A stretch of 64,000 nt of DNA from an uncultured Aliarcobacter sp. (GTDB lineage Bacteria > Campylobacterota > Campylobacteria > Campylobacterales > Arcobacteraceae), in assembly GCA_963677435.1 (NCBI GenBank), contig OY781945.1, positions 384,001 through 448,000 on the forward strand, read 5' to 3'. Below, piece by piece: positions 9,402-24,606 of this stretch (its first letter is position 1; every line of letters starts with the position of its first letter). The translations under genes were made by a program, and so were the position numbers. Under the pieces are notes generated by a model, which saw nothing but the letters and a program-made list of their open reading frames with translations, ran no database searches and was not told the DNA's origin.

Positions 9402-10417
9402 GAGATTTTATTATATTTTATCGAAGAATATAAAGACAATAAAATAAATGAAATTCCTATTAATCCAGTTAAAGCTTCTGGAATATGAAACTTTGTATTT
9501 AAAAGCATAATAAAAGCCAATATTCCAATTGCATAATGGGCACCATGTTCTAAAAATACATAATTGTCTAAAGTCTCTTTTTCAACTAAATAAATAGTTA
9601 AAGACCGAACAAACATGGCTCCTGTTCCTAATCCAATCATGATAATTAAAATATTTTTACTTATTGCAAAAGCTCCAATTACACCATCAAAAGAAAAAGA
9701 GGCATCAAGTACTTCTAAATATAAAAATCCTACAATACTTCCATGTCTAATGAGATTTTGAAAATTATCTCCACCTTTTTCTAATAATAAACATAAAAGA
9801 TGAATAAATAGATAAATTCCAATTCCCCATAATCCAGATATAAAAAAGTCATATTTTTTTGATTCTTCCACAAAAAATAGAAAAATACTTAAAAGTAAAA
9901 AAGCCACAACATAAGATAAGATTTTAGTTTTTCCAAAAGTTGCTAGTTTTTGCTCAAATTTTCCAATCCAAAATATCTTTCTTTCTGAATCAAATAAAAA
10001 GTTTAGAAATACCAAAAATAAAAACATACTTCCAAAAGCAGAAACTTCATGTTCATGTGAAACCAACTCTTTTTCATATTCATCGGGATTATTCATGGCT
10101 AGATTGAAAACATCAATTAAAGATAAATCTGTAGTAACAGAAACAATTAATAAAGGAAAAAGTAAACGCATTCCAAAAACAGCTACAAGAATTCCAACTG
10201 TTAAAAAGGCTTTTTTCCAAAAGTCATTCCAATTTTTTAAAATAGAAGCATTTACAATTGCATTATCAAAAGATAAAGAAATTTCCATAAGTATTAATAT
10301 TATTGTTAGCCAAAGTAGATTTAGAGCACCTGAAATGCCATCTTTTATAAATCCTAGATATGAAACTAGCATTAATGAAAAAAGAATAAGTAAAAAAGAT
10401 ACTCTAAAATATTTCAT
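9398..10417 (-). CDS. DUF475/TerC-like integral membrane protein
   Basis: EISLSFDNAIVNA, AVFGMRL, LEVLDASFSFDGVIGAFA, LEHGAHYAI. Confidence 0.88.
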   Translation of the reverse strand: MKYFRVSFLLILFSLMLVSYLGFIKDGISGALNLLWLTIILILMEISLSFDNAIVNASILKNWNDFWKKAFLTVGILVAVFGMRLLFPLLIVSVTTDLSLIDVFNLAMNNPDEYEKELVSHEHEVSAFGSMFLFLVFLNFLFDSERKIFWIGKFEQKLATFGKTKILSYVVAFLLLSIFLFFVEESKKYDFFISGLWGIGIYLFIHLLCLLLEKGGDNFQNLIRHGSIVGFLYLEVLDASFSFDGVIGAFAISKNILIIMIGLGTGAMFVRSLTIYLVEKETLDNYVFLEHGAHYAIGILAFIMLLNTKFHIPEALTGLIGISFILLSLYSSIKYNKIS

Positions 10418-10418
10418 A

Positions 10419-12221
10419 TTAATTTTTTTTCAAATGAATATCCATTTGAGGGAATGGAATTTCTATATTATTTGCTTGTAAAGTTTTATAAATAAAAATT
10501 AGAAAATCAGACATATTAGATGAACCAATCCCATTTTCATCAGGATTTTCACTAATCCAAACAAGCAATTCAAAATCAATAGAACTAGCATTCATCATAG
10601 TCATTCTAACTTTTGCTATTTTTTCACTATCATTTCTTATATACATTAAATTACTATCTTTTAAATTATCTAAAAGAATGTGAATAACATTATCAATATC
10701 TGAACCATATGCCACTCCAAAAGGAATATTTAATCTTCTTATATCATCTGAAAAAGTAAGATTTATAACATTGTTTTGAATTAATGTAGAGTTTGGAATA
10801 ATAATATCAATATTATCAAAAGTTGTAATAACACTACTTCTCATATTGATTTGAGAAACTTTTCCCCTTAATCCCGTTGCTATTTCAATTATGTGTCCAA
10901 CTTGAATAGATCTTTCAAAAATTAGAATAATTCCAGAAATAAAGTTTGAAACAATATTTTGTAAACCAAACCCAATACCAACTGATAAAGCCCCAACTAA
11001 AATTGTAAGTGAAGATAAATCAATTCCAATGGATTTTAAACCAAAAACAAAAGTTATGGCAACTAAAAAGTAGTAACCAAGATTTGCAAGCATGGTTCTT
11101 GTAGAAATAGAAGTATTTTTTAGATAATTAGAATTAGCATTAGAAATTCTCTTTTTATAAAAAGTTGCTATTGAGAAACCAAGAATAAAAATAAAAAAGA
11201 ATTTACTAATTGCTAAAATTGAAATTCCATCACCAATTGGAATAATTGGATTATTTATCTCTTCCCACCCAAATTTTATCATATCAATAAAACTCTGTTT
11301 TGTATCTGCAAAAGTACTTTTAGTTACTCCTAATCTCTCCCTTGATAGATATTTTAGAAGTTCATTTAATGAGTCATAATTTGCTTGATTTTCTCTCATA
11401 AATTGTTGTAGAGTATTACTCATTTCAAAATAGCTAGTTTTTTTATTTTTTAATAGTGGAAGAAGTTCTTCTACTTTTAAATAAACATATTGATTTATTA
11501 ATTTTGATTTGTCATTTTTTAATTGTTCAATTTGTGCATCAAGTGCTTTTATTTTCCACTCATTTTCTGTGATTTTGGCTTTATCATAAGCAAGTGATAA
11601 CTTCTTCTCATCTTTTATAATATCATTAAAGCTGTTTAATGCTTTTTCAATTCTACTTTGTAAAGTTGGATTATCCACAAATTTTATAGGTTCTAAACTA
11701 TCAAGTAATATTTTTCTAAAATTTACTAAATATTTATCATAGTCATCAATTGTAGTTTTATCTTGAATATTTTTTAATTTGTAATAGGCATATAATAATT
11801 GAGAATTAACAGTTGAAATATCTTCTTTATTTGTTAATTTATCTATTTGTTCTTCAAGAAGAGTAATTTTATTTGTGTTTTGTGTAAATTCATCTTTTAT
11901 TGAATCATAGTCACTTTTTATTTTTAAATATAATTTTATTTGTTCAATATATTTATCTATTGTTGTAATTTCATCAATATTTTTTAAATCAAAACTATTC
12001 TCATCATTTAATGTTGTTTGTAACTTTTTTAAAAGTAAAAGTTGATATTCAACTTGTTCTTTTTCTTCGGCATTTAAATCTTTTTTTGATGAAGTGATTT
12101 TACTTATTTGTGTTGTGTATAATTTTTGTAGTTCTTCTTTTGTATTGTCGTACCATGTTTTATCAATACTGATAGAGAAAGATGACGATATTAAAAATAG
12201 GAAGAGGAATATAAATTTCAT
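10419..12221 (-). CDS. MscS-family mechanosensitive channel with periplasmic coiled-coil N-terminus
   Basis: GALSVGIGFGLQNIVSNFISG, IIPNS, GVAYGSD, IEIPFPQ. Confidence 0.92.
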   Translation of the reverse strand: MKFIFLFLFLISSSFSISIDKTWYDNTKEELQKLYTTQISKITSSKKDLNAEEKEQVEYQLLLLKKLQTTLNDENSFDLKNIDEITTIDKYIEQIKLYLKIKSDYDSIKDEFTQNTNKITLLEEQIDKLTNKEDISTVNSQLLYAYYKLKNIQDKTTIDDYDKYLVNFRKILLDSLEPIKFVDNPTLQSRIEKALNSFNDIIKDEKKLSLAYDKAKITENEWKIKALDAQIEQLKNDKSKLINQYVYLKVEELLPLLKNKKTSYFEMSNTLQQFMRENQANYDSLNELLKYLSRERLGVTKSTFADTKQSFIDMIKFGWEEINNPIIPIGDGISILAISKFFFIFILGFSIATFYKKRISNANSNYLKNTSISTRTMLANLGYYFLVAITFVFGLKSIGIDLSSLTILVGALSVGIGFGLQNIVSNFISGIILIFERSIQVGHIIEIATGLRGKVSQINMRSSVITTFDNIDIIIPNSTLIQNNVINLTFSDDIRRLNIPFGVAYGSDIDNVIHILLDNLKDSNLMYIRNDSEKIAKVRMTMMNASSIDFELLVWISENPDENGIGSSNMSDFLIFIYKTLQANNIEIPFPQMDIHLKKN

Positions 12222-13315
12222 GTTTTTTCTTTTGTTAAATTAATTTTTATAAAGTTAAGAGATATTAAAGATAATAGTGAAAATAATGCACTAAATATAA
12301 ATAAAAACTCACCATAAACAGCACCAGCAACTAAAGCTCCAATAAATCCACCAAGACCATAACCCACACCATACATAAATTGCTGTGCTAATTTTTTATT
12401 TTCATACAAGCTATATAAAAACATAATTACAGAACTATGATAAAGTCCAAATGAAAAAGCATGAATAGCTTGAGAAAAGAATGTCATGCCTAATGAATCA
12501 GGGAATAGATATAATAGAACCCATCTTAAAATTGTAATTGTAACACAAAATTTTATGATTGATAGAAGATTGTTTTTTAAAATTGGAGCTTGAAAATAAA
12601 GCATCAATATTTCACAAAGAACCCCAAACGACCAAAGATAAGAAGTCATTTCAAGACTTATACCATGTTGGGTTTCATAAATCGTAAAAAAGTTATAAAA
12701 ACCTCCAAAACTAATCTGCATAAAAAATAAACTTAACCAAAAAGGCCAATATTCAAAAAAAGAAAAAGCTCTATTATTCTGCTCAATTTTATGTTTTACA
12801 TCAAATCTTAATAAAGAGATTGCAAAAACTACAGTTAAAGTAATTAAAACCAAATAGTAATGAATCGCAATAAAAGGCTGTGTTAAAAATTTTGCAAGTA
12901 CTAATGCAATAATCATAAAACCAATTGAGCCATAAAGCCGAGATTTACCATATTTTTCTTTTCCAAGATTTGAAATGGCGATTACTTCAAGATAAGGCAA
13001 AATAAGAGATAAACAAGCTCCTAAAATTGCATTATTTATTGTAAATAAATAAAAGTTTTCTATTGTTAGATAAAAACATGAAGCCAAAAAGATAGCTGAG
13101 AAAAGAGCTTTCTTAAACATCTTTTGATCTAATTTAATATGTTTTAAAAATAAAAAAGGTGTTAGAAATCTCATCAAAGGTGCAAGTGCTAAAACAATAC
13201 CTATATCAAAAGTACCATATCCAATATCGTGAAGTACCTTTGGTAAAAATATTACATAAACTCCAACTGTTGCAAAATAAAAGAAATAGAATGCTGATAA
13301 ATTAAAAAAAAGCAT
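12218..13315 (-). CDS. MFS transporter (HcaT/MFS_1-like)
   Basis: YFFYFATVGVY..FLP, YGKSRLYGSIGF, QAIHAFSFGLYH. Confidence 0.85.
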   Translation of the reverse strand: MLFFNLSAFYFFYFATVGVYVIFLPKVLHDIGYGTFDIGIVLALAPLMRFLTPFLFLKHIKLDQKMFKKALFSAIFLASCFYLTIENFYLFTINNAILGACLSLILPYLEVIAISNLGKEKYGKSRLYGSIGFMIIALVLAKFLTQPFIAIHYYLVLITLTVVFAISLLRFDVKHKIEQNNRAFSFFEYWPFWLSLFFMQISFGGFYNFFTIYETQHGISLEMTSYLWSFGVLCEILMLYFQAPILKNNLLSIIKFCVTITILRWVLLYLFPDSLGMTFFSQAIHAFSFGLYHSSVIMFLYSLYENKKLAQQFMYGVGYGLGGFIGALVAGAVYGEFLFIFSALFSLLSLISLNFIKINLTKEKT

Positions 13316-13794
13316 TATTTATCATTAATGATAATTGTGTTTGAAAGAATATCTTGGAAAGTTCTTTTATCCTTATTAAAAAAAGGCATAAAAAGTAAAA
13401 AAAATGATACTACAGCAAATAGAGTTGTTAAGTATCGAACAAGAACTTGAATAACTGAAACTCTTTGTTTTGTTCTATTGTCAACAAGTTTTAAATCGTA
13501 AGCTTTAAGTCCTGGAGTTTGTCCATTTTTAAGCCAAAAAATTAAGATAAGAAGAGCATGAACTATAAATATTATACTCCAACCCAGTACTCTATTTTGA
13601 GCAAATTCTGCACCACTTCCCATAACTAAATATATAACTATATAAAGAATAGGAGTGGTAATCAAAAATGTATCAGTAAGAAAGGCTTTTAATCTAGATG
13701 CAAGAGAGGCTAAATCACTTTTAGGTGATTTATTATTAAGCTCACTTTTTTGTGTTTTAACTTTGTTATGCTTAACATCTCTCCACTTTGACAT
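13315..13794 (-). CDS. RDD family membrane protein
   Basis: ASRLKAFLTD, GQTPGLK, RTFQDILSNT. Confidence 0.85.
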   Translation of the reverse strand: MSKWRDVKHNKVKTQKSELNNKSPKSDLASLASRLKAFLTDTFLITTPILYIVIYLVMGSGAEFAQNRVLGWSIIFIVHALLILIFWLKNGQTPGLKAYDLKLVDNRTKQRVSVIQVLVRYLTTLFAVVSFFLLFMPFFNKDKRTFQDILSNTIIINDK

Positions 13795-14405
13795 TAATTA
13801 CCTCTACTACCAGGTTTATAAGCGATGCTTCCTTCTTTACACATTGGGCACTCATCTGGTGAGTACATTTCAAATGTAAAATCTTCAAGTGCAAAAAGTG
13901 GTTTATCAAGAGGTAATTTACAATTATCTTTTGCTTCTAATGTGCTTCCAACTCTTGAACAGAATCCTCTGTTAGCAAGTGCAGCATAAGCTACTATATT
14001 TCCACCAGCATTTTCAACTTGCTTTGCAGCTTCAAGTGCACTTCCACCAGTTGTGATAATATCTTCACAAATAATGTAGTTTTCACCTTCTTTAACTTCA
14101 AAACCTCTTCTGATTGACATCTCACCCTCAACTCTTTCTGCAAAAATAAATCTTACATCAAGTGCAGTTGCAAGGGCAAAACCAGCAATTAATCCACCAA
14201 GTGCAGGTGAACAAATAGCATCAACTTTTATACCAGCTTCTTTAATTTGAATAGCTAAAGCCTCAGCTAATAACTTAGCAGTTTTAGGATCTTCTAAAAC
14301 CTTTGCTGATTGTAAATAAAACTTTGAGTGATTTCCACTACTTAATTTGAAGTGACCTTCTAATAATGCTTGCGCATCTTTGTATATTTGTTCTACGTTC
14401 ATCAT
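13794..14405 (-). CDS. pyrE: Orotate phosphoribosyltransferase
   Basis: [11 protein letters not shown] and PRPP motif [16 protein letters not shown] overlap with frr stop. Confidence 0.95.
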   Translation of the reverse strand: MMNVEQIYKDAQALLEGHFKLSSGNHSKFYLQSAKVLEDPKTAKLLAEALAIQIKEAGIKVDAICSPALGGLIAGFALATALDVRFIFAERVEGEMSIRRGFEVKEGENYIICEDIITTGGSALEAAKQVENAGGNIVAYAALANRGFCSRVGSTLEAKDNCKLPLDKPLFALEDFTFEMYSPDECPMCKEGSIAYKPGSRGN

Positions 14406-14962
14406 CAAACCGTTAATATTTCTTTTTCTTTTGTTTTTAAAGTTTCATCAGCTTTAATAACATAAGAATCAGTTATCTTTTGGATTTCATCTTGAGCTTT
14501 TTTACTCTCATCATCAGTAATTTCTTTATCTTTTAAAAGATTTTTTACTTTTGTATTAGAGTTTTGTCTAATATTTCTAATAGCTACTTTTGCATTATCA
14601 GTCATAACTTTTGCTTGTTTAGCAGTAGTTTGTCTTTGATCAACAGTCATTGGAGGGAAAAATAATTTGATTACTTCACCATCATTGTTTGGATTAACAC
14701 CAATATTTGCAGCTTGAAGAGCTTTATCAATTAAACCTAAAAGATTTTTTTCCCATGGATTAATAACAATAGTTGTAGCGTCTGGTGATAAAACTGAACC
14801 TACTTGACTTAAATCAGTTGGTGTTCCATAATAATCAATTCTAATACCATCTAAGATATTAACATTTACTTTTCCAGTTCTTAAAGATTTATAATCTTTC
14901 TTTAAAGCCTCGATAGATTTTTCCATATGATCTTTAGTTTGAGCATATATTTCTTCTAACAT
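14405..14962 (-). CDS. frr: Ribosome recycling factor
   Basis: [26 protein letters not shown]. Confidence 0.97.
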   Translation of the reverse strand: MLEEIYAQTKDHMEKSIEALKKDYKSLRTGKVNVNILDGIRIDYYGTPTDLSQVGSVLSPDATTIVINPWEKNLLGLIDKALQAANIGVNPNNDGEVIKLFFPPMTVDQRQTTAKQAKVMTDNAKVAIRNIRQNSNTKVKNLLKDKEITDDESKKAQDEIQKITDSYVIKADETLKTKEKEILTV

Positions 14963-14972
14963 TCATTCTCCT

Positions 14973-15914
14973 TTATTTGATTAATAATTTATTTGAAATA
15001 GTGTAGTAATCAGTACTAATAGCTACTCTGTTTCTTGGTAAATTTAGTTTTTTGTTTAATTTGATGTCAATTATACCATTTTTAACTTTGATATCTTGCC
15101 AACCATAGGTTGATACAAACAATTTTGCATCTGTTATTTGTGGATTTACTTCAACTCTTACATGTTTTAATATTCCATCTTTTGAATATGTTTGTGGTTC
15201 AATCCAAGTTGCTTCTAGTGTTTTATATTTTAGTTTTTCTTGTAAATTAATTTTACCAACTAAGGCAACTCTATTTAAATCAAAAATATCACTATTTTTA
15301 TTTACAGAGCCATTATTTTGATTTACAATATATTTAAAATCAAACTCTTTTATTTTTTCTTTTACCCTTTGGTCATACTCTCCATAAGGATATGAATATC
15401 CCTTTGGCTTAAAACCTAAGTTTTTTTCAAAGATTTCATAAGAAGTTTTTGTATCTTTTAAAATCTCTTCATCAGAAAGTTTCATTAGTTGCTTATGTGA
15501 ATAAGAGTGTAGGGCAATTTCTCCATATTTTGAAGCATCAGATATTTGTTCCCAAGTCATAAAATCTGGATATTTACTATTTGTTGCTTCCACATAAACA
15601 AAAAGAGTAAAGGGATAATTGTATTTTTTAAATAATTCAATTGCATTTTGATAAAAACTTTTATAAGCATCATCTATACTGAAAGCAATCCAATTATGAG
15701 GGATTTCTTCTTTATTTTTAATTTTTTGAGCGATTTGTGAAACTGTTACAACTTTATAATTATTAGTTTTGAAATACTCAAATTCCCTTTCTAATTCTTT
15801 TAAAGTTGTATCTGTACTTTGATGTTTTAAATCGCCAAACCGATGATATACAAAGATATGTCCATTGGCTTGAAGATAAAAATAAGATAAACAAAGAAGT
15901 AAGAAATACTTCAA
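14973..15914 (-). CDS. Exported polysaccharide deacetylase (NodB homology)
   Basis: YHRFG, SIDDAY, HSYSH, SYPYGEY; TTG start, signal peptide. Confidence 0.88.
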   Translation of the reverse strand: MKYFLLLCLSYFYLQANGHIFVYHRFGDLKHQSTDTTLKELEREFEYFKTNNYKVVTVSQIAQKIKNKEEIPHNWIAFSIDDAYKSFYQNAIELFKKYNYPFTLFVYVEATNSKYPDFMTWEQISDASKYGEIALHSYSHKQLMKLSDEEILKDTKTSYEIFEKNLGFKPKGYSYPYGEYDQRVKEKIKEFDFKYIVNQNNGSVNKNSDIFDLNRVALVGKINLQEKLKYKTLEATWIEPQTYSKDGILKHVRVEVNPQITDAKLFVSTYGWQDIKVKNGIIDIKLNKKLNLPRNRVAISTDYYTISNKLLIK

Positions 15915-15933
15915 ATTTCTTTACTTCTAAAAC

Positions 15934-16293
15934 TTATTTATCTTGAGGAACTGTTTGAACAGGTGCCGCTGTTGTAGGAGCAGCAGGTGCTTGCTCAGAA
16001 GTTTGTGTAATAGGTGCTGTTGGAATTAAAGAGTCAACTTTTACTGTGTCAATAGCACTTTGATTTCTTTGTTGATTAAATAAATAACCTAAAACTACAG
16101 TGTTTATTATAAAAACTAAACCTAAAGCCATTGTAGCTTTTGTTAAGAAGTTTGCAGGACCTTTTGCCCCAAATAATGAATCATTACTTCCACTATAAGC
16201 TCCAAGACCAATACTTGAACTCTTTTGAAGTAAGATTATTATTGTTAGTAAAATTGCTAATACAAACTGAACGATTAAAAGTGTAGATGTCAT
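15934..16293 (-). CDS. secG: Preprotein translocase subunit SecG
   Basis: ILLQKSSSIGLGAYSGSNDSLFGAKGPANFLTKAT. Confidence 0.95.
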   Translation of the reverse strand: MTSTLLIVQFVLAILLTIIILLQKSSSIGLGAYSGSNDSLFGAKGPANFLTKATMALGLVFIINTVVLGYLFNQQRNQSAIDTVKVDSLIPTAPITQTSEQAPAAPTTAAPVQTVPQDK

Positions 16294-16400
16294 TATCTAT
16301 TTCCTTTTTTAAAAATGGTAGCTATTTTATCTAAAACTTATTAAGAATAAGTTAAAATAGATATTAAAACATATTTCTAGTAATTTTATAAAGAGTAAAT

Positions 16401-17096
16401 TTGTCAGTTAAAAACCAATTCTCAAAATATGCAAAAGAGTACAAAAATCACAATATCATTCAACAAATTGTTGCAAAATCACTTGTAAGAGAGTTAAAGT
16501 TTGAACCAAAAAGAATCTTAGAATTAGGTTGTGGTTCAGGGCAAGTATATAATCATATCTCATGGGAAGTAGATTTTTATAAAGCAATAGATTTTTCAGC
16601 TTCAATGTGTGAATTGCATCCAAAGGGTGAAAATATAGAAATCAAATGTTTTGATTTTGATAGCCAAGAGTTTTTAGATGAAATAAAAGATAATAGTTAC
16701 GATATTGTTTTATCTTCATCTGCTTTGCAATGGTCAAAAGATTTATCAAAGATTATAAAACATCTTTCATTTATCACAAAAGAGGTAAATGCAGTTTTAT
16801 TCACATCAAATACTTTTAAAACAATTCAAGAAATTACAAAAGCAAAATCTCCAATATTAGATGAGAACTCAATCAAAGAAGCATTTTCAAAATATTTTGA
16901 ATGTGAATTTGAAACAATTATGTACAAATTAGAGTTTGATAATAAAAAAGATTTGTTTGATTATATAAAAAAATCAGGTGTGAGTGGAGGAAATGCTGCA
17001 CTAGATTTTAAAAATGCAAAGAAATTATATAAAGAATATAATTTAAATTATTTAGAATTTGAAGTAATTTTTATTAAAACCATTTCTAAATTGTAA
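16401..17096 (+). CDS. SAM-dependent methyltransferase, BioC-like
   Basis: FSKYAKEY..IQQIVA, ILELGCGSG, SSSALQW. Confidence 0.75.
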   Translation: MSVKNQFSKYAKEYKNHNIIQQIVAKSLVRELKFEPKRILELGCGSGQVYNHISWEVDFYKAIDFSASMCELHPKGENIEIKCFDFDSQEFLDEIKDNSYDIVLSSSALQWSKDLSKIIKHLSFITKEVNAVLFTSNTFKTIQEITKAKSPILDENSIKEAFSKYFECEFETIMYKLEFDNKKDLFDYIKKSGVSGGNAALDFKNAKKLYKEYNLNYLEFEVIFIKTISKL

Positions 17097-17452
17097 AGTT
17101 CATATCTAATATACTTAAAGTTTTCACTATCTTGTATTGATGTTAACTTACAAAACTCTTCAAGTACTCTTGAACTCTCTTGTGCTCTTTTGAAATTAGC
17201 AATTAATATAGAATTTAAATCACTTCTATTTTGCTCACTTTTAATAGAGCCTCTTAAAACATCATTTTTAACATCTCTAGTTTCAAGTAGTTCAATATAA
17301 TTTTTTAATCTTGATAAGTGTCTTAATTCTTTAAGTTTGATAGCAGTTTGTTTGTCATTATATACATATCTAAAAATATCTTCAACCACTCGAATTCCTT
17401 CTCGTAGTCTATTTAGATTAGCATCAATAAGTCTTAATGTATTTGAGTTCAT
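17048..17452 (-). CDS. Stand-alone ThiD2-type domain (N-terminal domain of long ThiE proteins)
   Basis: RLIDANLNRLREGIRVVEDIFRY...ANFKRAQESSRVLEE...RYELYNLE; start moved to ATG at 17452. Confidence 0.75.
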   Translation of the reverse strand: MNSNTLRLIDANLNRLREGIRVVEDIFRYVYNDKQTAIKLKELRHLSRLKNYIELLETRDVKNDVLRGSIKSEQNRSDLNSILIANFKRAQESSRVLEEFCKLTSIQDSENFKYIRYELYNLEMVLIKITSNSK

Positions 17453-17459
17453 ATTTGTA

Positions 17460-17492
17460 AATATAAAAACTAACTCCAAAAGGAGTTAGTTT
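17460..17492 (-). terminator. Rho-independent terminator after the yccA-like gene
   Basis: aaactaactcc-aaaa-ggagttagttt perfect 11-bp stem with a U-rich tail on the minus strand. Confidence 0.75.
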
Positions 17493-18191
17493 CTATTCAT
17501 CATTACTATTCATGATTCCTAAAATTTGTAATAAAGATATAAACAAATTAAAGAAATCTAAATATAGAGATAATGCAGCTTCAATTGGTGAGTCATAATG
17601 ACCTTTGATAATATTTTGTGTGTCATATAATATGAAAGCAGAAAATAATAATGCACCAGCACTTGCAATTACTAATTGCATCATTGAAGATTGAATAAAG
17701 ATATTAGAAATACCAGCAACAATCATAATGATTAAAGCAATAAGTAAAAATTTACCCATTGAAGAAAAATCTCTTTTAGTTGTCATTGCGAACATTGAAA
17801 TTCCACCAAATGCAACAGATGTCATTAAAAATGCTTGTCCAACAATTGCTGCACCACCTGGCATTGCAAAAATTGCAGTTAATAATGGTGCAATAGTTAA
17901 ACCTGTAATAAATGTAAATGCAAATAATACAGCTAAGTTAACACCTGGAGTGTGTTTTGTTCTTGGAATAACAAAGAAAATTAATGCAAGTTCTACAGCA
18001 AATAAAACCCATTTAACAGGTCCCATTAAAATTGAAACAATACCTAATCCTATATACGCACCAGCAGTTGCAGCTAATAAAGAACCAGCAAATAATTGAT
18101 AAGTAGCTTTTAAAAAGCTCATTAACTGAACTTGTGATGATTCTTGTGTATATTGTGAAGATTGATTTGATAAGTAATCTCTATTGTACAT
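17493..18191 (-). CDS. Bax inhibitor-1/YccA family membrane protein
   Basis: 7-TM pattern, FILYDTQNI, AALSLYLDFFNLF. Confidence 0.92.
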   Translation of the reverse strand: MYNRDYLSNQSSQYTQESSQVQLMSFLKATYQLFAGSLLAATAGAYIGLGIVSILMGPVKWVLFAVELALIFFVIPRTKHTPGVNLAVLFAFTFITGLTIAPLLTAIFAMPGGAAIVGQAFLMTSVAFGGISMFAMTTKRDFSSMGKFLLIALIIMIVAGISNIFIQSSMMQLVIASAGALLFSAFILYDTQNIIKGHYDSPIEAALSLYLDFFNLFISLLQILGIMNSNDE

Positions 18192-18451
18192 ATACTTTCC
18201 TTTAAATTTTAATTTCGTAATTCTACTATGTAATATACTTATATATAGTTACATTGAAATATAGATAACGATATAACCAATATATTATATCAAAAAAGTA
18301 AATAAAAGATTAATATGGAGAAAAAATTGTTAAATTAAGAAGAGAAGTATCATAAAAAGTTTAAAACACAATATAAGTATAGTAAAAAAGAAATAATAGG
18401 ATAAAAAGAGTATGAATCCTAAAATTTAAGCTAAATTTTAGGTATAAGCTC

Positions 18452-18480
18452 TTGACAAAGAGGAAAGAATCTATTATAAT
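18452..18480 (+). promoter_or_regulatory. Consensus sigma70 rRNA operon promoter
   Basis: TTGACA (18452-57), 17-bp spacer, TATAAT (18475-80), then a GC-rich discriminator tcccgtcc. Confidence 0.9.
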
Positions 18481-18580
18481 TCCCGTCCAATTTGACTGAA
18501 GCGCATCAAACGAAAGAATGATAGGAAGCGTTGAAATCGAAGCTGGATGATCTTTAAAAATAATTATAACGTTTGTAAAG

Positions 18581-18610
18581 TAATCTTTATAAACCGAATA
18601 TGAGACTCTT
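18581..18610 (+). other. 5' arm of the 16S processing stem (pairs with 20335-20365)
   Basis: taatctttataaaccgaatatgagactctt is nearly the reverse complement of aagagtttttatattcggtttataaagatta. Confidence 0.8.
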
Positions 18611-18771
18611 ATAAAAATCTGTTATTTATTACAGATGTAAAATAAGAATAAATGTTAAAAATATAAAAACAAACAAGAACAATATGGTAAAACATATAAC
18701 TTGTCTATACTATGAGTGATAATTTTGTAATAGTAAAATAATACAGAATAAGTCAAGTTCAAAAACTTCAA

Positions 18772-20288
<1,517 letters not shown>

Positions 20289-20384
20289 CAGAGAATTGAG
20301 ACTAGATTCGTTTCTAGTTTCAAAACTAAAAAGAAAGAGTTTTTATATTCGGTTTATAAAGATTATTTAAATAGGTAGAAAAAT

Positions 20385-20461
20385 GGGCCTATAGCTCAGC
20401 TGGCTAGAGCGCTCGACTGATAATCGTGAGGTCCCAGGTTCAAGTCCTGGTAGGCCCACCA
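20385..20461 (+). tRNA. tRNA-Ile(GAT)
   Basis: gggcctatagctcagctgg...ctGATaa...ttcaagtcc...taggcccacca. Confidence 0.97.
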
Positions 20462-20528
20462 TTAAATAATCTATAAAGATTAATCATCGGGTCCTAAAAA
20501 AATGCAATTTTTTTGGGTAGATCAGTGT

Positions 20529-20604
20529 GGGGAATTAGCTCAGCTGGGAGAGCGCCTGCTTTGCACGCAGGAGGTCAGCGGTTCGATCCCGCTATTCTCC
20601 ACCA
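20529..20604 (+). tRNA. tRNA-Ala(TGC)
   Basis: ggggaattagctcagctggg...ttTGCac...ttcgatccc...ttctccacca. Confidence 0.97.
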
Positions 20605-20951
20605 CCTATTAAAAATAAGCTAAAATTTATAATTAGAAGAAATGATAAACAAGATTAAATATAAGTTCAAAAAGAATTGAATTTATATTTGATTTTCGAA
20701 TCAAAATGATATTTAAAAATATAATGTTAAAGTCTTTAATTTTTTCGTTTAATTAAAAGAACTAAAAGAATTTATTCTAATAGAACTAATAATTAAAAAC
20801 AAAAATTTTAATTATCTAGAAATAGATAGAACACAACTTTTTTATAAGATATATAGAGTTAGTTAATTAGATTTAATTAATAAAGTATGTTTAATAAGAT
20901 AGTAGCCAAAGAATATTATCAAAAATGCGACAGAATTTAATTCTGTTTATT

Positions 20952-23860
<2,909 letters not shown>

Positions 23861-24039
23861 TTAACAAATTCTTTGGTTTACTATCTTATTAAATATATTG
23901 ATTATATGTTTAATATAAATGTGTGATTTTTAGAAAGAACAAAAAGACTTTAACATTATTTTTTTCTTAACTCCTAAACGAGTTGAGTGTAAAGTGTATT
24001 TACATATTTATTTATGTTTTTACTTTTTACACTCAACTT

Positions 24040-24156
24040 TGCTGGTGGCTATAGAGAAGTGGAAATACCCAGTCCCATTCCGAACCTGGAAGTCAAGCAC
24101 TTCATCGCCGATAATACTGCCGGGTCCCCTGGTGGAAACGTAGGCCGCTGCCAGCT
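24040..24156 (+). rRNA. rrf: 5S rRNA
   Basis: gctggtggctatag...cccattccgaac...taggccgctgccagc. Confidence 0.95.
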
Positions 24157-24172
24157 CTTGAGTTTTTTACAC

Positions 24173-24224
24173 AAGCTTTTAACTATTCGAACTTCTTGTT
24201 CCTCTAGTTAAAAGCTTTTTTTTT
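24173..24224 (+). terminator. rRNA operon terminator
   Basis: aagcttttaacta (24173-85) / tagttaaaagctt (24205-17) stem followed by a T run. Confidence 0.8.
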
Positions 24225-24322
24225 AGCCCGCTTTTACTCCTTTGGGCTTTACTCCTCCCCTTATTTATTCTTTTAGCCTTTTTTTGATAGAATCTACTTT
24301 AGTTTACACTATAGGAATACAA

Positions 24323-24538
24323 TTGACAGAACAACCAAACAATCCACTTCATGGAATTAAATTAGAGATGATACTTGAATCACTTGTTGAACAGTATGGA
24401 TGGGATGAATTAGCTGATCGTATTGAAATAAGGTGTTTCTATAATAATCCATCTATAAAATCAAGTTTAACTTTTCTTAGAAAAACTCCTTGGGCTAGAA
24501 AAAAAGTTGAGAATTTATATTTAGCTTCAAAGAAATAA
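24323..24538 (+). CDS. VF530/DUF2132-family small DNA-binding protein
   Basis: [18 protein letters not shown]...[27 protein letters not shown] at 24323 after AGGA. Confidence 0.85.
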   Translation: MTEQPNNPLHGIKLEMILESLVEQYGWDELADRIEIRCFYNNPSIKSSLTFLRKTPWARKKVENLYLASKK

Positions 24539-24606
24539 AATCTGCTATATCCATATATAAAGTTTATTACACTATTATTCTTTTTTATAATAATATAGGA
24601 TTAAAA

